Source: Psammoneis japonica (lineage: Eukaryota). Taken from it: a stretch of DNA of 64,000 nucleotides. Below are positions 36,734-50,015 of this stretch, one piece after another. The first letter of the stretch is position 1. The number at the start of each line of letters is the position of its first letter. The notes below the pieces were generated by a model that saw only the letters and a list, made by a program, of their open reading frames with translations, did not search any database and had not been told where the DNA came from. The position numbers were made by a program, and so were the translations under genes. Location: the NCBI GenBank assembly GCA_008632985.1, contig QPGO01000013.1, forward strand, positions 124,001-188,000, in the 5' to 3' direction.

Positions 36734-39043
36734 ATGATGGCTGACGATGATGTAGCGACGGCGGCGACCGAGGATGAGGAGAATGTCCATGATCAGCTTC
36801 CTACTGTCGAAGAGGCGAGGACTGGAATGGGGCGTAACAGCCAGCAACGATCAAGGAGCATCGAGACGAAAGCGATTGTGGTTTGGAATCGTTGGATTGA
36901 TTGTGCTAATTGTTCTTGTTGTTGTAATTGCTGTCGCAGTTACCAGTGGCAATAACAAAGGCAGCGGCAGCCAAGAGAGCCGTGTAGAAGAGGTGGTGCT
37001 CTTTCTCAGCAAGGTTTCGGACCCTACCGCTCTCGAGACTCCGGGTACTCCTCAGTACAGGGCGGCACGGTGGATTGCGGATGAAGATCCGTATCCATAT
37101 GCCGTTGATCACGAACGCTTCGTTCAGCGTTATGCGGTCGTGGTGTTTTTCTACTCACTAGGAGGGGAGAAATGGAGTGAGTTGACATAGTTTGCGGGAC
37201 GTACATGACACGTACAGTTCTTTTTCTAAATGCTGTTTTCTTTCCTTCTTAGTTCGAGACTGGAACTTTCTGGGCAGCTCGGATGAGTGCTTCTGGAACA
37301 TCTTCGTGGGTACTGAGTCTGAACGACCCATCCCGTTTGGCGTGGCGTGCAATTCGGAAGGCAAAGTGTTGACGTTTATTTTAGGTAAGTATTTGACTTA
37401 GACCCGGAGTCAAGTATGAATCGACATCGGCATCTTACACTTTATCATTACCTGTATTGGAAGGCGATAACAGGTTGGTTGGCAAATTGCCGCCTGAGAT
37501 TGGGCTCTTAACTTCTCTTGACTTTTTGTGGCTACCGGATAATCTCATTGTGGGTGAGCTACCCGACGAGATGCAGAAGTTGTCGGATATGAGCACTCTT
37601 AATCTCGACCGAAACCTCATGTCGGGCAGCATCCCGTCATGGATTGGCAACCTCTCGTTTCTCAGCTTTCTTAGTATACAACAAAACAAGTTCTCCGGCC
37701 AGCTCCCGAGTGAGCTTGGCCTCTTGACCTTTGTCGCCAGGCTTGAAATGGAAATCAACGAATTCACCGGAACTGTTCCGACAGAACTGTTGAACCTCAG
37801 TGATTTAGATGTTATAACTCTTGGCCGAAACAAGCTTGAAGGGGAGCTCGATTGGGTGTCGCCCAAGTTGGGAGAAACTCTCAGGATCTTTGGACTCAAC
37901 GACAACAACTTTACCGGCCCGATTCCTTCTGCAATGGGAGAATTAACGTCTCTTTGAGGCTTTATCTCGACGACAATTCCTTCACGGGCGACTTGAAGGT
38001 TCTCAACAAACTCACCAATTTGGAAGAGCTTTATATTGAAGACAATAGTTTCAAGCATGATATTGGTGACAAGACTCTCTTGGCGGATTTGGCAAATCTT
38101 ACAAAGTTTGATGCGAGTGACAACAAACTCTTTGGGGCCCTTCCTGTGGAGTGGCTGAGTCGCGAGAAGCTCGGTTTCCTGGATCTTCACGGGAATGACT
38201 TGAACGGAAGTCTTCCGGCTATTCCCGAAGAAAACAATGCGCTTTTGCTCTTGGCATTGCATGATAATAAAATTGGAGGTCCAATTCCCGATTCGATTTC
38301 GAGTCTCAGGGTGTTGCGCCACTTGGATTTGAGCTCCAATTCTCTTTCTGGTGACTTGCCTGTCTCGATGGGAGAAATGGAGGACCTGCTTTATCTCTTT
38401 TTGGCTGAAAATGATTTCAGTCGTGGACCCATCCCAGACTTTTTCCGTCCGCTGACAAATCTCACTGAGTTGTCATTGAAAAAGACAAGGCGAAACGGGC
38501 CAATTCCTGATTGGATTGGAACCGACTTGAAAAAACTCCTTTTGCTGGATCTTGATAATAATGACTTGACTGGTCCAATCCCAGGGAGCCTCGGAGAAAT
38601 TAATACGTTGCTTTATCTGTTGCTCAACCGCAACAAGTTGAACGACACGCTACCAGCTTCTATTCAAAGCCTCCCAAACCTACGTAAGTAGCGTTGTGGT
38701 TGTTGTGGCTAGCCTCCTTGGTGATTTGAATACCGGGATGTGACTCACGAGTATCGTCATCTTCTTTCTACACGTAGGTCTTTTGTTGATTGAGCGGAAC
38801 AACATGACAGGCTCTGTTGGAGGCCTCTGTAAAGGCACCGCGCTTCTCAGCGGTGTTCAGGAGCTAAGTGCCGACTGCGGTGGAGCCAGTGTTGAAGTAG
38901 ATTGTTCCTGTTGTACATTATGTTGCGAGGATGGTGAGACCTGCAACGATAACAAAATGCTTGCAAACTCGGACCCCAACTGGGAGAGCAGATTCAACCG
39001 AGTTGTGTGGGATTTCAGAAGTGAGCTGGACGATGTGTTTTAG
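36734..39043 (+). CDS. Type-II membrane leucine-rich-repeat protein (LRR-1), with introns and apparent frameshifts
   Basis: N-terminal TM, TPQYRAARWI..D, QRYAVVVFFYS..G..W, plant-type LxxLxLxxNxLxGxIP repeats, C-terminal ADC...CSCCTLCC. Confidence 0.88.
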
Positions 39044-39602
39044 TTATAACGAAGTATCTTGTAGATGCGCATACCTACGTTTTAAATTAGTTGAAGGCGA
39101 ACTGAATTTGTTAAAGGACTACGTGACGAAACCCAAGTCAGTGAAAGGAGTGGTCGTCAAAAATTCCTATCAGGAACGTAACTTGCACCATTTTCAGTCT
39201 TCAAACACCGTTCATCGACACGGACAGTGGTCTCCTCGTGGAGTCGTCAAGCTTGCGGTTTTCCCGGTCGTTCCAAACACAGCTACGGTACAACAGGGGC
39301 AAAAAAAGTTGTTCTAGTGCGTCTATGTCCATGCCACTCTAGACTACGACAACAAATAATCCAGCACACCCATCTTGTGGATGCGTGAGGGGAAAAAAGG
39401 ACTAGACTTTCCATGCCTACAGGCTACTTCCTAGCATGCTCTCTACTGAAGGTAGCTACCCGTGGCTACCTTCTAGTCTACCCTCTACTCTAGCTAGCTA
39501 CTCTCTAGGCCTAGTAGCTAGCTAGCTAGCTCTACTGTACCAGATAGTAGCTATGACTCACTCGACTACCGTATGAATCATGCGCACGAACCTTGCGAGA
39601 AG

Positions 39603-39866
39603 CCGTGCGACCACCGATTTGGTCCTAAACTCCCGCGCGGGAGCAGCGGTCTCTGATCCTTCCATAGGAGTAGACAGGTCTACGCAAATCTTAAGTACAT
39701 GAGACAAACAGAGCGCAATGACTAGCATAAAGATGGTCTTTCATAGCGTCCTAAATGATTTGCCAGTACAAACTTCACGTGAAGCTACAATCCACAACTC
39801 CCGCGCGGGACCCTGATTAGCTCACAAAATGGATTTTGTTCCTAAACAGAGTGGTCGCACGGGAGT
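39603..39866. promoter_or_regulatory. Cluster of palindromic/inverted motifs upstream of a small secreted-protein gene
   Basis: CTCCCGCGCGGGA(G) at 39630 and 39798; CCGTGCGACCAC (39603) and its reverse complement (39851); TCCTAAA three times. Confidence 0.5.
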
Positions 39867-40087
39867 ACAATGATGGACCAAGATGGACCACTACCGAGGA
39901 TTTCAACGTAGCCGTTTACGGCCGCAAATCGCAAAATGTACCGGGCGACGTTCAATTTCTACGCGGTCTTTTTGCGGAGGACCAAAACGCGATCAGCTCG
40001 AGATCAATTCACTTTTCTCCTCACAACCCTCTCACAATTCGAGAAACTCACAAAAGTACACTCAAACTTCCTCTCAAGCCTTTCACC

Positions 40088-40576
40088 ATGAAGCTCTCTA
40101 CCATCTTCTCCATCGCCGCCATCGCCTTGGCTACTCCCAACGCCGTCTCGGCTAACTTCGCCATGTACGAGGGAACTATCTTGATGACGAGCGAAACCGA
40201 TGCGGAACTCACCGCCTCCGATACGCTCTACCTCGACATGACTGTCAAGGATGCCTACAACGAGGCTCATACGGGTGGTGACTTTACCGCCGAGGTTGCT
40301 GTCGTGAGCGACCTCGATCTCGTAAGCCGCCGTGCTCTCAACGAGAACGGAGAGCGCAAGCTCCCTAATAGTGGAGGCTGGGCCGGTGTCGTTCAGGTCG
40401 GAGGACAGTGCTACTTGTGTGGTGGGGGTCGCCGTGGCCTCAAGGGAGGAGAAGAGAAGCGCCGTCAGCTCAACGATGCCGTTGTGGGAGCACTCTTGTG
40501 CAACAAGCTCGCTACCGGCTCCAACAGCAAATTCCATGGCGTTTCTGACTGCCAGGTCAGCCTGATTCTTGTCTAA
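40088..40576 (+). CDS. Small secreted diatom-type protein
   Basis: MKLSTIFSIAAIALATPNAVSA signal peptide; strong C-ending codon bias; CYLC and RRGL/RRQL motifs. Confidence 0.8.
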   Translation: MKLSTIFSIAAIALATPNAVSANFAMYEGTILMTSETDAELTASDTLYLDMTVKDAYNEAHTGGDFTAEVAVVSDLDLVSRRALNENGERKLPNSGGWAGVVQVGGQCYLCGGGRRGLKGGEEKRRQLNDAVVGALLCNKLATGSNSKFHGVSDCQVSLILV

Positions 40577-41677
40577 TAAGCCCCGCCTCGTCGTTTAGAG
40601 GTTGGTTAGGACCCTCTACGGATATGGATTCGAGCGCGATCAGTACCCCGTGGATGGTGTCCTTTTTTGTAGTGGTATGTTCATTGGTTCTCCTGTTGGT
40701 ACTGCCAGCACGGATCGTAGGTGATTTGTCACAACGTAACTCTTTTAGAACCACAATGAATAATGTGCTGTGTGTGACATGCTCGATGCTCTTGCTCTCT
40801 TGATAGCTTCGCCGCTACGCTGTACAATAGTTACGACAGGTGATTCCCGCAAGTACGAGAAATCTGTTACGACATTCTTACCTGTTGCGAGACTCGTGGT
40901 TTCCTCTCAACACCGTCATCGCGTAGGACTCAGAGCCATAAAGTTCGTATGAGTCAGAAATATATTTTTGCAATGATCATCGCTGTCCCCATGCTGTAGT
41001 TTATGCATCATTCTTTTCCACTTGAAAAGATTCAAGAGTGCGGATGGGGTGCGTTTGGAGTTTGTTGGCGCAAGCGCCTGTTTGCATGTCAAAATATCGC
41101 TATCGTATCTATTCAAAGTCCTGTCTTGATCAACTGGTTCAAGACCACTTTCTCGTTCTAACAACTTGTCCAAAAGCTCTTTTACTTCGTGCAGTTTTTG
41201 AAAAGATTTGGAATATTCCTAGCGACATGTGCGACTTGACCAAGACTCTTGGTCAAGTCTCAAGTCGCGTATTGAGTATGTCGCTAGGAATAACCAAGAC
41301 CGGTATGTCTGTTGTGAGGCGTAATCGAGCAAAGTCTTCATCTATCCACTCAAGTCATCTAGAGAGAGATAAGACTATCGCTCCAGACCGTTTCTTACGT
41401 TGTTAATGAGCAGTTGTGGTGTCATAGTAGGTGTCATTCCTTTGTGAAGGCAGAAGGCAGCTTCAAAAAAAATCAAAAACTCAAAAAATCCAAAATCCTG
41501 AAGAAGCTTTCGTATTTCTTGGGTTGTCGGCCAGACGGCAGGATTCAAAATTCAAAATCTTATACGAAAATGTATATTCAAAATGATCAATAACGTCTAT
41601 CGCTCTTCTCCCCAACAGCCAACAAAAACGATCACAAAAAACAGACCGGTGAACAACGGCAAAGACAGTCTCCCACG

Positions 41678-43986
41678 ATGATGCAAGAGACACACAGCGA
41701 GTGGGTGGGAAGCTCTGGGCGTTCAGGGGCTTATCCAGATACGATGAATCGTCGACATGATCAGCTGCCGCACCTTGAAGAGGCTCGGCATTGGGTGACG
41801 GGCAACAGACACAGCAACAACGGGAGGAGACGAAGGCGAATCATCTTGGGCGGACTTGTAGCTGCTCTTGCTATTCTTATTGGTGTTTCCGTGCGTGTCT
41901 CCACAAGAGCCGATCGCGACAGCACTTATACCGAGAAACCACCAAACGAGCGGTACCAATCGGTGCTTTCGTACTTGGATGGCTATTCAGACCCGCAAAA
42001 ACTCCGTACCAGGGGAACCCCCGAATACCGTGCAGCGCTGTGGATGGCGAACGATGATCCCCTTCAATACGATATTCCGGTCAACCCGCTCGAGCAGCAC
42101 TTTCGCCAGAGGTATGTCCTCGTCCTCTTTTACTATGCCATGGGCGGAGAGCAATGGAATGATCAGTTCAACTTTTTGAGCGACAGGAATGAGTGCTTTT
42201 GGTATGTCAGACAGGCACGCAAAGATGTATATTATGCACCCTCTGGAATAACATGTGACGATAATCAAGAAATTCGGACAATTGTCAATGGTAAGTTCTG
42301 GTGCGAATGAAGGAGAAGGGTCCAAAGCCGAGCGACTTGAGCTTCATTGCTTCTTGTACTATCAAGTTTGGTAAGCGATCTGTTTTCTCAAAACCCGCCT
42401 TTTCTATTTCTTGATGCGCATCCAACAGAAGATAACAATTTGAGAGGAAAAATCCATCGGAGCTTAGCCTTCTTACAAAGCTCAATTTCTTTTGGACACC
42501 GAACAATGACAATATTGTAGGCACCATACCAGATGAACTTCAAGAACTGACAGACATGGATACGTTCAACGTGGACAACAACAAGCTGCATGGCACAATC
42601 CCGACTTGGATTGGCTCGTGGGGCCAAGCAACGATGATAAGCTTGCAGCACAATAAATTCTCGTCCTCGCTACCCACTGAGTTGGGGCTGCTAACATTTA
42701 TGATGAGACTTCAACTCGAAGACAACAAATTGACCGGTACGATTCCTCATGGAGTAAAAGCCATGAATGACTTGCAACGACTGTTGCTGGGAAGAAATAA
42801 GTTCAAGGGAGAAATTGGAACGTGGCTACCATCTAATGCGGAAGAGTTATCCGGCCTCACGTTGAACGACAACATGTTTAGCGGGTCGCTTCCCTCAGCC
42901 CTGGGCAACCTCTCGTACATGGCGCGACTGCATCTGGAACACAATTTATTCACCGGTGACCTTTCTGCCTTGGATTCTCTCAAGTATCTTCAAGCTGTGT
43001 TTCTGCAGCACAATCAGTTTGAACAAAGTCTTGATGAGAACTTTCATTTTATGACAGGACAGACACTGCGTATCGTTGACGCCAGCACAAACAATTTCTA
43101 CGGGAAGTTGCCGCCAGAGTGGCTGTCACACAAGACGTTGAAAACCCTTGCTCTCCACAATATTTCTCTAAGTGGCGCAATTCCTGTTGATATAGCCGAA
43201 AACACAGTGCTGGAATACCTGTCGTTGAACGCGAACGCGATTAAACATGGCATCCCCGCGTCGATATCAAACCTCAAGTCCCTCTTTCACCTGGATCTGA
43301 GCGCCAACGAGTTGAACGGCGACCTGCCGACGTCGCTCGGGGATATGGTGGAGCTAACTCATTTGTCTGTTGCTGAAAACAATTTAGATGCTGGTCCATT
43401 GCCGCAATTCTTGGAGGCGTTGACGAATTTGAAGGAGCTTTCATTGAGGCAAACGAATATCAAGGGACCGATTCCGACTTGGTTGAGGAAATTCAAAGCT
43501 CTTTCCCTTCTAGATCTTGGTCATAATGATTTTACAGGTGAAATCCCTGCAAGTTTGGGCAAGCTCCCTCTCGAGCACTTGCTGCTCAATCACAATCATC
43601 TCAACGGCACCCTGCCACAGTCGATCCAAGATCTGTCCACGCTCAGTAAGTCGTTACTGCGAGATCCTTGTTTTGTAGGTTTTGCTCGAGCGTTTCTTAC
43701 ATACAAACGTTTTTTCCTTTTCGTAGAGGTCGGATTCTTGAGCGAGAATGATATCTCGGGCAGTGTTGGATCGCTTTGCGAGGGAACTAGCCTTGCCAAC
43801 AATCTAGAAGAGTTGTACGCGGATTGCGGTGGAGAGATACCCGAAGTAACTTGCCCCTGCTGCACGGCTTGCTGTCAGGATGGAACAGATACTTGCGATT
43901 CCATCAAGACGCCAGCCAATCACTGGGTTTCCGCTTATAATCGAGGCAAGTGGGACTTTCAGAATGATTTGAATGAAATCTTCTAG
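41678..43986 (+). CDS. Type-II membrane LRR protein (LRR-2); introns ~42291-42429 and ~43646-43726
   Basis: Paralogous to LRR-1: QLPHLEEAR, TM, TPEYRAALWM, QRYVLVLFYY, LRRs, ADCGG..TCPCCTACC. Confidence 0.9.
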
Positions 43987-44436
43987 TTTTTAGTCCGAGT
44001 ACTTTTTGTGGATGCACGCCATGAATCATCCTAATGTATAAGTCGAAATCTTTACATAGCGATAGCTACTGCCAAGTGTCTATTGGATTCTTCCTTCTAT
44101 ACCACGGCTCAGTTTACCTCTAGTAGAGAGTACCATGGACTTTGAGAAACCTAAAGAATCGAGAATTACTGTACATATCGGGCGGTCAAGTGGTAGTAGT
44201 ATCGTCGCACTTTTTTTACAGAGCTCGAGATGATTTCAGTAATGACCTGACTAAGAAATAACAAGCGCACGAGCTCTTCGCCTCAGCACTCTCTTTATCT
44301 CTCTGCGCGTTGCATCTCTCGCCTCTCGCCTCCCAAGCCGGGAGTGGCCTCTCGCATCTCTCAACTCACAACCGGTGGTTGTGAAGCAAGAAACAAGTAG
44401 AGCAAGTTGAAAGTATAACTGAAAGAGCAATACAGC

Positions 44437-46001
44437 ATGTCATCAACAGGAGGAGGAGATGTGTCGTCGACACAAGAGGTGATGAATTTGTCGGCCGAGT
44501 CGCTTCAGGAGCGTCAACAGCATGAACAAATGCTCATGGATCTCAAGGCCAAAGAACGTGCGGCAACTCTTGTTTCTGTCCCGACGCTTCCAAATCAAGT
44601 TCGCGAGGCGCTTCGTGCCATGGGTTTGCCGGTTCGATTGTTTGGAGAAAATCTGGCCAATGTACGTGATCGACTTCGATATGAATTAGCCAAACAACAA
44701 GTGTACAGTGAAAGTGAAGGAGTGCAACAGCAAGAAGCGGCTGCTAAAACGAAAGTTGTGGAGGAGGAGGAAGAGCAGGTTACAAAATACACGAGAGCGT
44801 CTCAAGAACTTGTCGAGGCGAGACAGAAAATTGCGCTATTCTCTTTGGAACGATCCAAGAGTCGTCTAGCTAAGGAACGGACGATTCGTCTTGGAGCAAA
44901 GCGAAAGCGCGCACAGAAAAAGCTAGAGACAACAACCGAAAACGACGCTGGCATTGCAGAACTTGATCGAATCGACGAGATTGTCTAAAGTTTTACAAAT
45001 CACAACGTCAAATAACATTGCAGGGATCGCAATATGGGGAGGAACGACCGCTTTCTGCCATTTGCGCCGCCTCTGATACTTGTCTAGTTGCCACGGGTGG
45101 TTGGAGCGGGTCGGTCAAGCTATGGGATGGTTCGTCTTCGCAGCTGAGTTTGATTGGTCACACGTCCATGGCTCATGAGGATCGAATCACGGGTGTGGCC
45201 ATGACGTCGTCTTCGCAGTCGAACAACAAGCTAGTGGCAACAGCGTCCATTGACTTGACGGGGAAATTGTTTAAGATTGTAGAGAACGACGTTCAAATGG
45301 AGACTGAAGATGACGGCGAGAACAATAACTACGACAACGGCACGCCGTCTCTCCGCTATAGCTTGGAGGAGGTTGCTCATCTCAAGGGTCATGCAGCGCG
45401 CTTGTGCAAGGTGGCGTTTCATCCTACCCATGCATACGTTGGGACCTCCAGCTATGACCACACGTGGCGTCTCTGGGACGTAGAAACTTCAAAGATGTTG
45501 CTGCTTCAAGATGGACACTGGAAGGAGACTTATGGCATTGGGTTCCATCCCGATGGGTCTCTGTGCGCCACTACTGATTTAGGAGGTGTCATTCAAGTTT
45601 GGGACTTGCGAACCGGCAAGTCGATTGGTAACTTTTTGGGTCACGCCAAACGGGTGCTTTGCTCTGACTTTTCACCTAATGGCTTTCATTTGGCGACGGC
45701 CGGTGACGATGGGACCATCAAGGTGTGGGATTTGCGAAAGAGAAAGAAACCGTCATTTGCAAACATTCCTGCTCATTCCAATCTAATATCTCAGCTACGA
45801 TACAATGTTTGCTCCGGAGGGGAGTCTCTAGTGTCTGCGAGTTTTGATGGGACAGCCAAAGTGTGGTCCACGCGAGACTACAAGATGCTTTCCTCTCTCC
45901 GAGGACACGAGGGCAAGGTAATGGGAATTGATATCGTGGGAGCAAGCACTGGAGCCATTGTCACCAGTGGATACGACAAGACCATCAAGTTTTGGAAGTA
46001 G
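44437..46001 (+). CDS. PRP4: U4/U6 snRNP protein Prp4 (WD40); apparent frameshift at ~44985
   Basis: PRP4 motif VPT...VREALRAMGLPVRLFGE....RDRLR; GSQYGEERP; WD repeats such as SYDHTWRLWD and VWDLRTG. Confidence 0.92.
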
Positions 46002-46550
46002 CGGAAATACGTAGAATCTGGAAAATACTTGATTTCTATGCTTGGCTCACTCGCTATTCGTGCGTATGAGGGATGCACAATAATGCAGAGGACAAGAATT
46101 GGAAGAGATCTGCCCACACACTCTCTAGAGATTGTAGTACTTCCTGTTCTCCTTCCGTAATATCTCTTTCTGACATGTGCTCTATGGCACGAGATGCAGG
46201 AAGGAAGAAATCCTAGCTTCTAACTACTCGATGCGGATTACCGGTACGTACGGTATTCGATGGCACGGAAAAAAAACAAACTTCTCTTTCTTGTCCGAAT
46301 GAACGCACTCGAGCAAATTTTCCAAAATTGTCTGACATAAATGCCGATACAAAGTTCGTAATAAATTAATAGATGAATACATGGAATAAACAATCTGACC
46401 CATAGTAAATAAATAAAACATTTAGCTTTTAATACGTATATATCGTTTATGCCTCACATTTTTTTGGCAGAACGCATCAAAATCATTTTTTTGATCGGAA
46501 CGAAACACCAGTCGGATCTTGAATAACAAAAAGCAAACAGAAAGCTGTCA

Positions 46551-48797
46551 ATGACGGAAGAAAGTGGCCCTCAAGCGGCGCTGTGTGCACCGGAGAGAGA
46601 TGAAATACCTGAAGCATTCGACGACGAAGCCCCGTCAGATTCGACGGGAAATGTGGAAGCCGACCAGCATTCTCTTCCAACTCCGGAGAAGCTTAAAAAT
46701 GATTTAGCTATGAGCCATGCTTCAGGAAAGATTTTGAGCACGATCGAAGAAGCGATTGAATACCCTTTAGTTCACATGGAGGAAGAAAAAGAGAAAGAAC
46801 CGAAGGATCTTATCTCCAGTCCAGTCATTAGGGGCTGTCTACTGCTCTCAATGATTGTTCTCGTAATAGGTCTATCATTGGATTAACTTCCAAGCCAAGC
46901 ACAGCAAAGTTGACAGAACGAAAGAGCGCGCTCTTAAATTTCTCAGCGTAGTTTCGGATCCAACAGCACTTACTACCGACGGTACGCCTCAAGCTCTCGC
47001 AGCAGAATGGATCGCAAACACCGACGACGTCTATGTCGTTCCCAAGTCACCTTACTCCGCTAACGCTCACCGCTTTATTCAACGATATGTCCTTGCTGTC
47101 TTGTGGTATTCTATGGGAGGAAAGGATTGGCCCCAGCAGCTCAACTTCCTTTCTGAAAAACGCGAATGCGCATGGGCACAGGTGTTCCCCGTTGGAAGAC
47201 GAAACTATCAAGTTGGTGTATCATGTGAAGGCGACAAAGTGACCAAGCTCTTTATGCGTAAGTTCATAGTCGTGTACATACGAGATATTGTTTGCTGCTC
47301 GTCTCATTCTACATTCCGATACTTTGTGTTTAGCTGGCATGAAGATGACGGGACGGCTGCCAGCTGAAGTTGGCTGGTTGTCCAATTTGAACCATTTGTC
47401 GCTCTACGATAACCAGATCACTGGTCCGTTGCCATATGCACTGAAAGACTTGACGGCCTTGAAGTTTCTTGCTATACAAAAGAATCAAATCAGTGGCGAA
47501 ATCCCTGAGTGGATAGGAGAGCTTTCCAACCTTCATGATTTGGGCCTCAACGACAACAATCTTAAAGGCGCCCTACCAGAGTCTATCTCTTATCTTACCA
47601 ACCTTCATGAGCTCGCTCTTGGCCATAACAAGCTCATTGGTGACATTGCAGTTCTCGAGCCTCTCACAGAGCTACGCGGCCTCTTCTTGGAAGGGAATGT
47701 GTTTAGCGCCAAATTCCACCACGAGACGCTGGCGAACTTGCAGAAGCTGGAATACCTAGATTTGAGTGGTAACAAGTTTCAAGGCAGACTACGAGATCAT
47801 TTCCTTAATTTTAAGGAGCTCAAGTATCTCGAAATAGCAAACAATACGCTGACTGGAACGTTCCCTCAGTACATCGAAGAGAACACTGCTCTGAAGTATC
47901 TTACGGTAACTGGAAACGAGGTACGCTGACTAATTCCCGTCGTTCCGGGAAAACATGCCATCTTTCTAATATATTTGTCCTGTTGCACTTAATATCAAAA
48001 AGATTGAGGGAACAATTCCTGAAGCCTTGTCAAACCTTAAATCCCTTGAGCACCTCGACATGGGTTCGAATGACTTCACCGGTTCGATGCCGACCTTCTT
48101 TGGTAGCATGAACAGATTGAAGTACTTATTATTGGATGATAACCACTTTGAGGAGGGTCCTATTCCCAGCTCTCTTCAAAATCTAAGCTCACTCCACGCC
48201 CTTTCATTGGAGAACACGGGTCGTACTGGACCCTTGGAAGACTGGATTGGATACAACCTAGGAAGAGTGAGGTACTTGAATCTGGCACGAAACGAGTTGA
48301 CAGGCACCGTTCCAAAGATTTTTGGAGAAGGACTGCATTGGGTAGAACTTCTACTTCTGCAACAAAATGACCTATCTGGAACTCTTCCGGATATGAAGCG
48401 ATTGTCCAATCTCGGTAAGTTTGTCTTGAGAGCTCTCATCTGGAGATAGTTTGGAACTTTCGATTTGGTCCTCGCTTAAAAAGAACTATTTCGTTCGTTA
48501 GAAATGCTACTCATTGATAGGAATAGCATTGAAGGTTCTGTCGAAGATCGAGTCTGTAATGGCGACGACATGGCTTTGGAAAGTTTGGAGCAGTTTGTAT
48601 CGGACTGCACCGGTAACGACCCCGAAGTCATCTGCCCCTGCTGCACTCAGTGCTGTCACGACGAAGACAAATTGTGCATTGACTATGTCTGGGTTGAGAA
48701 CATTGATGGTCATTGGGAAGACTACACTGAAGACGCCCGTGTGTTTAGTGAGCAGATTGAGTTCCAGGTACAGTCGACCACTCGGAAATCGCCATAG
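46551..48797 (+). CDS. Type-II membrane LRR protein (LRR-3), with introns and apparent frameshifts
   Basis: HSLPTPE, TM, TPQALAAEWI, QRYVLAVLWYSMGG..W, LRRs, SDC...VICPCCTQCC. Confidence 0.85.
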
Positions 48798-49154
48798 TTT
48801 ACGATTTTTGCGTCGCTTTCTCTGATGTAGCCATAGTAATGCAGAGAAATAGATACTTCACCTTCATTTTCACTTTGGAAAGCTTTTAACATTACCCATG
48901 ACATCCATATATGTTGACGGTTGCGAGCCATTTGGAGGCCATTGCAACTTTCCCGCCAACATGGGGCCCTCTAGTTTTTCGCAGTTGCGCGTCGCGCGGT
49001 CGGATCTTTCATTGCGATGATCGTGATCTTTGCGATCAAGAAGTGTGCGACGATCCAGATTCCTGATCGGTGAATCGGTCTCGCATCTCTCATCTCATCC
49101 ATTGCCAACATCAAAGTTGACATTTTATGGAACAAACGCGAACGAGTTTATACG

Positions 49155-50015
49155 ATGGGCAACAGCTGGAGCATATATTCTTCGGTTCCTTCTTTTATTC
49201 CAATTTTCGCTTCTGGACTTTTACACCATGTTCGATTTTCCAGACAAGAGAAACCGTACCGCATTAAATCGTTTGCAGGAATTGGCGTCGCACTCGGGCT
49301 TTGGCTGTTACCACCGCATTCCTTCACGTGTTGGTGGAAGCACACAACGTGGTTATTATGTCAGTGGACACATGTTGTAACAACAAGTGAAAACAAAGAT
49401 TTGAATTTTCTAATCAATGGCGGCCCACTGGGCAAAGGCTGTGGCAAGCTTTGTGAGGTTATCGCGGGATGCATCTTGTGGAAATTAGTTCATCATAAAC
49501 CTCTTCCTCTTCAATTGGGACCCATGCCAAGTGCTTCCACTGGAGCAATCGTTGCCGTGCTTTCTGTGGCTGTGAATGTAACCTTGTCTCTCTGGTCCCG
49601 ACAACTTAAGTCGAGAGGAGATCATGATGGGGTCAATTCAATGGTCGAATCGTCGCTAGGAAGAAAGCTTTTGGTTAAGGAGCAAATCAAGTTGGCAGTT
49701 TTGGCACTGATTAACGCTGTTTGTGAAGAAGTGTGTTCGAGAGGGTTTTGGTATCATGAATATCAACAACAAGGTGGTCTATCTCCCGTGCGGGCGAATC
49801 TATCACAATCGCTTTGTTTCGGTATATGGCATTACCATGGCATCCCAAGCGGATTGACCGGCGTCGGCCTTACCTTTGTTTATGGACTCATTATGGGTTT
49901 ACTTTGCGAATACGATGGACCGGGCCTTCTGCTTCCGGTGTTGACTCATGCTGTAGCGGACTATCACATCTTTGCTACAATTGCTCGACAACAGCAACAC
50001 ATGCGTACAGAGTAG
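49155..50015 (+). CDS. CPBP/Abi (type II CAAX protease-like) intramembrane metalloprotease
   Basis: EEVCSRG, FGIWH, THAVAD motifs with several TM segments. Confidence 0.85.
   Translation: MGNSWSIYSSVPSFIPIFASGLLHHVRFSRQEKPYRIKSFAGIGVALGLWLLPPHSFTCWWKHTTWLLCQWTHVVTTSENKDLNFLINGGPLGKGCGKLCEVIAGCILWKLVHHKPLPLQLGPMPSASTGAIVAVLSVAVNVTLSLWSRQLKSRGDHDGVNSMVESSLGRKLLVKEQIKLAVLALINAVCEEVCSRGFWYHEYQQQGGLSPVRANLSQSLCFGIWHYHGIPSGLTGVGLTFVYGLIMGLLCEYDGPGLLLPVLTHAVADYHIFATIARQQQHMRTE

Noticed and set aside
44980..45020. Programmed frameshift or pseudogenisation of PRP4 (likewise the NOG1-like gene, LRR-1/3 and serpin 3)
   Set aside because: Scattered 1-nt indels in otherwise intact conserved genes are most simply consensus sequencing errors; read polishing would be needed to decide.
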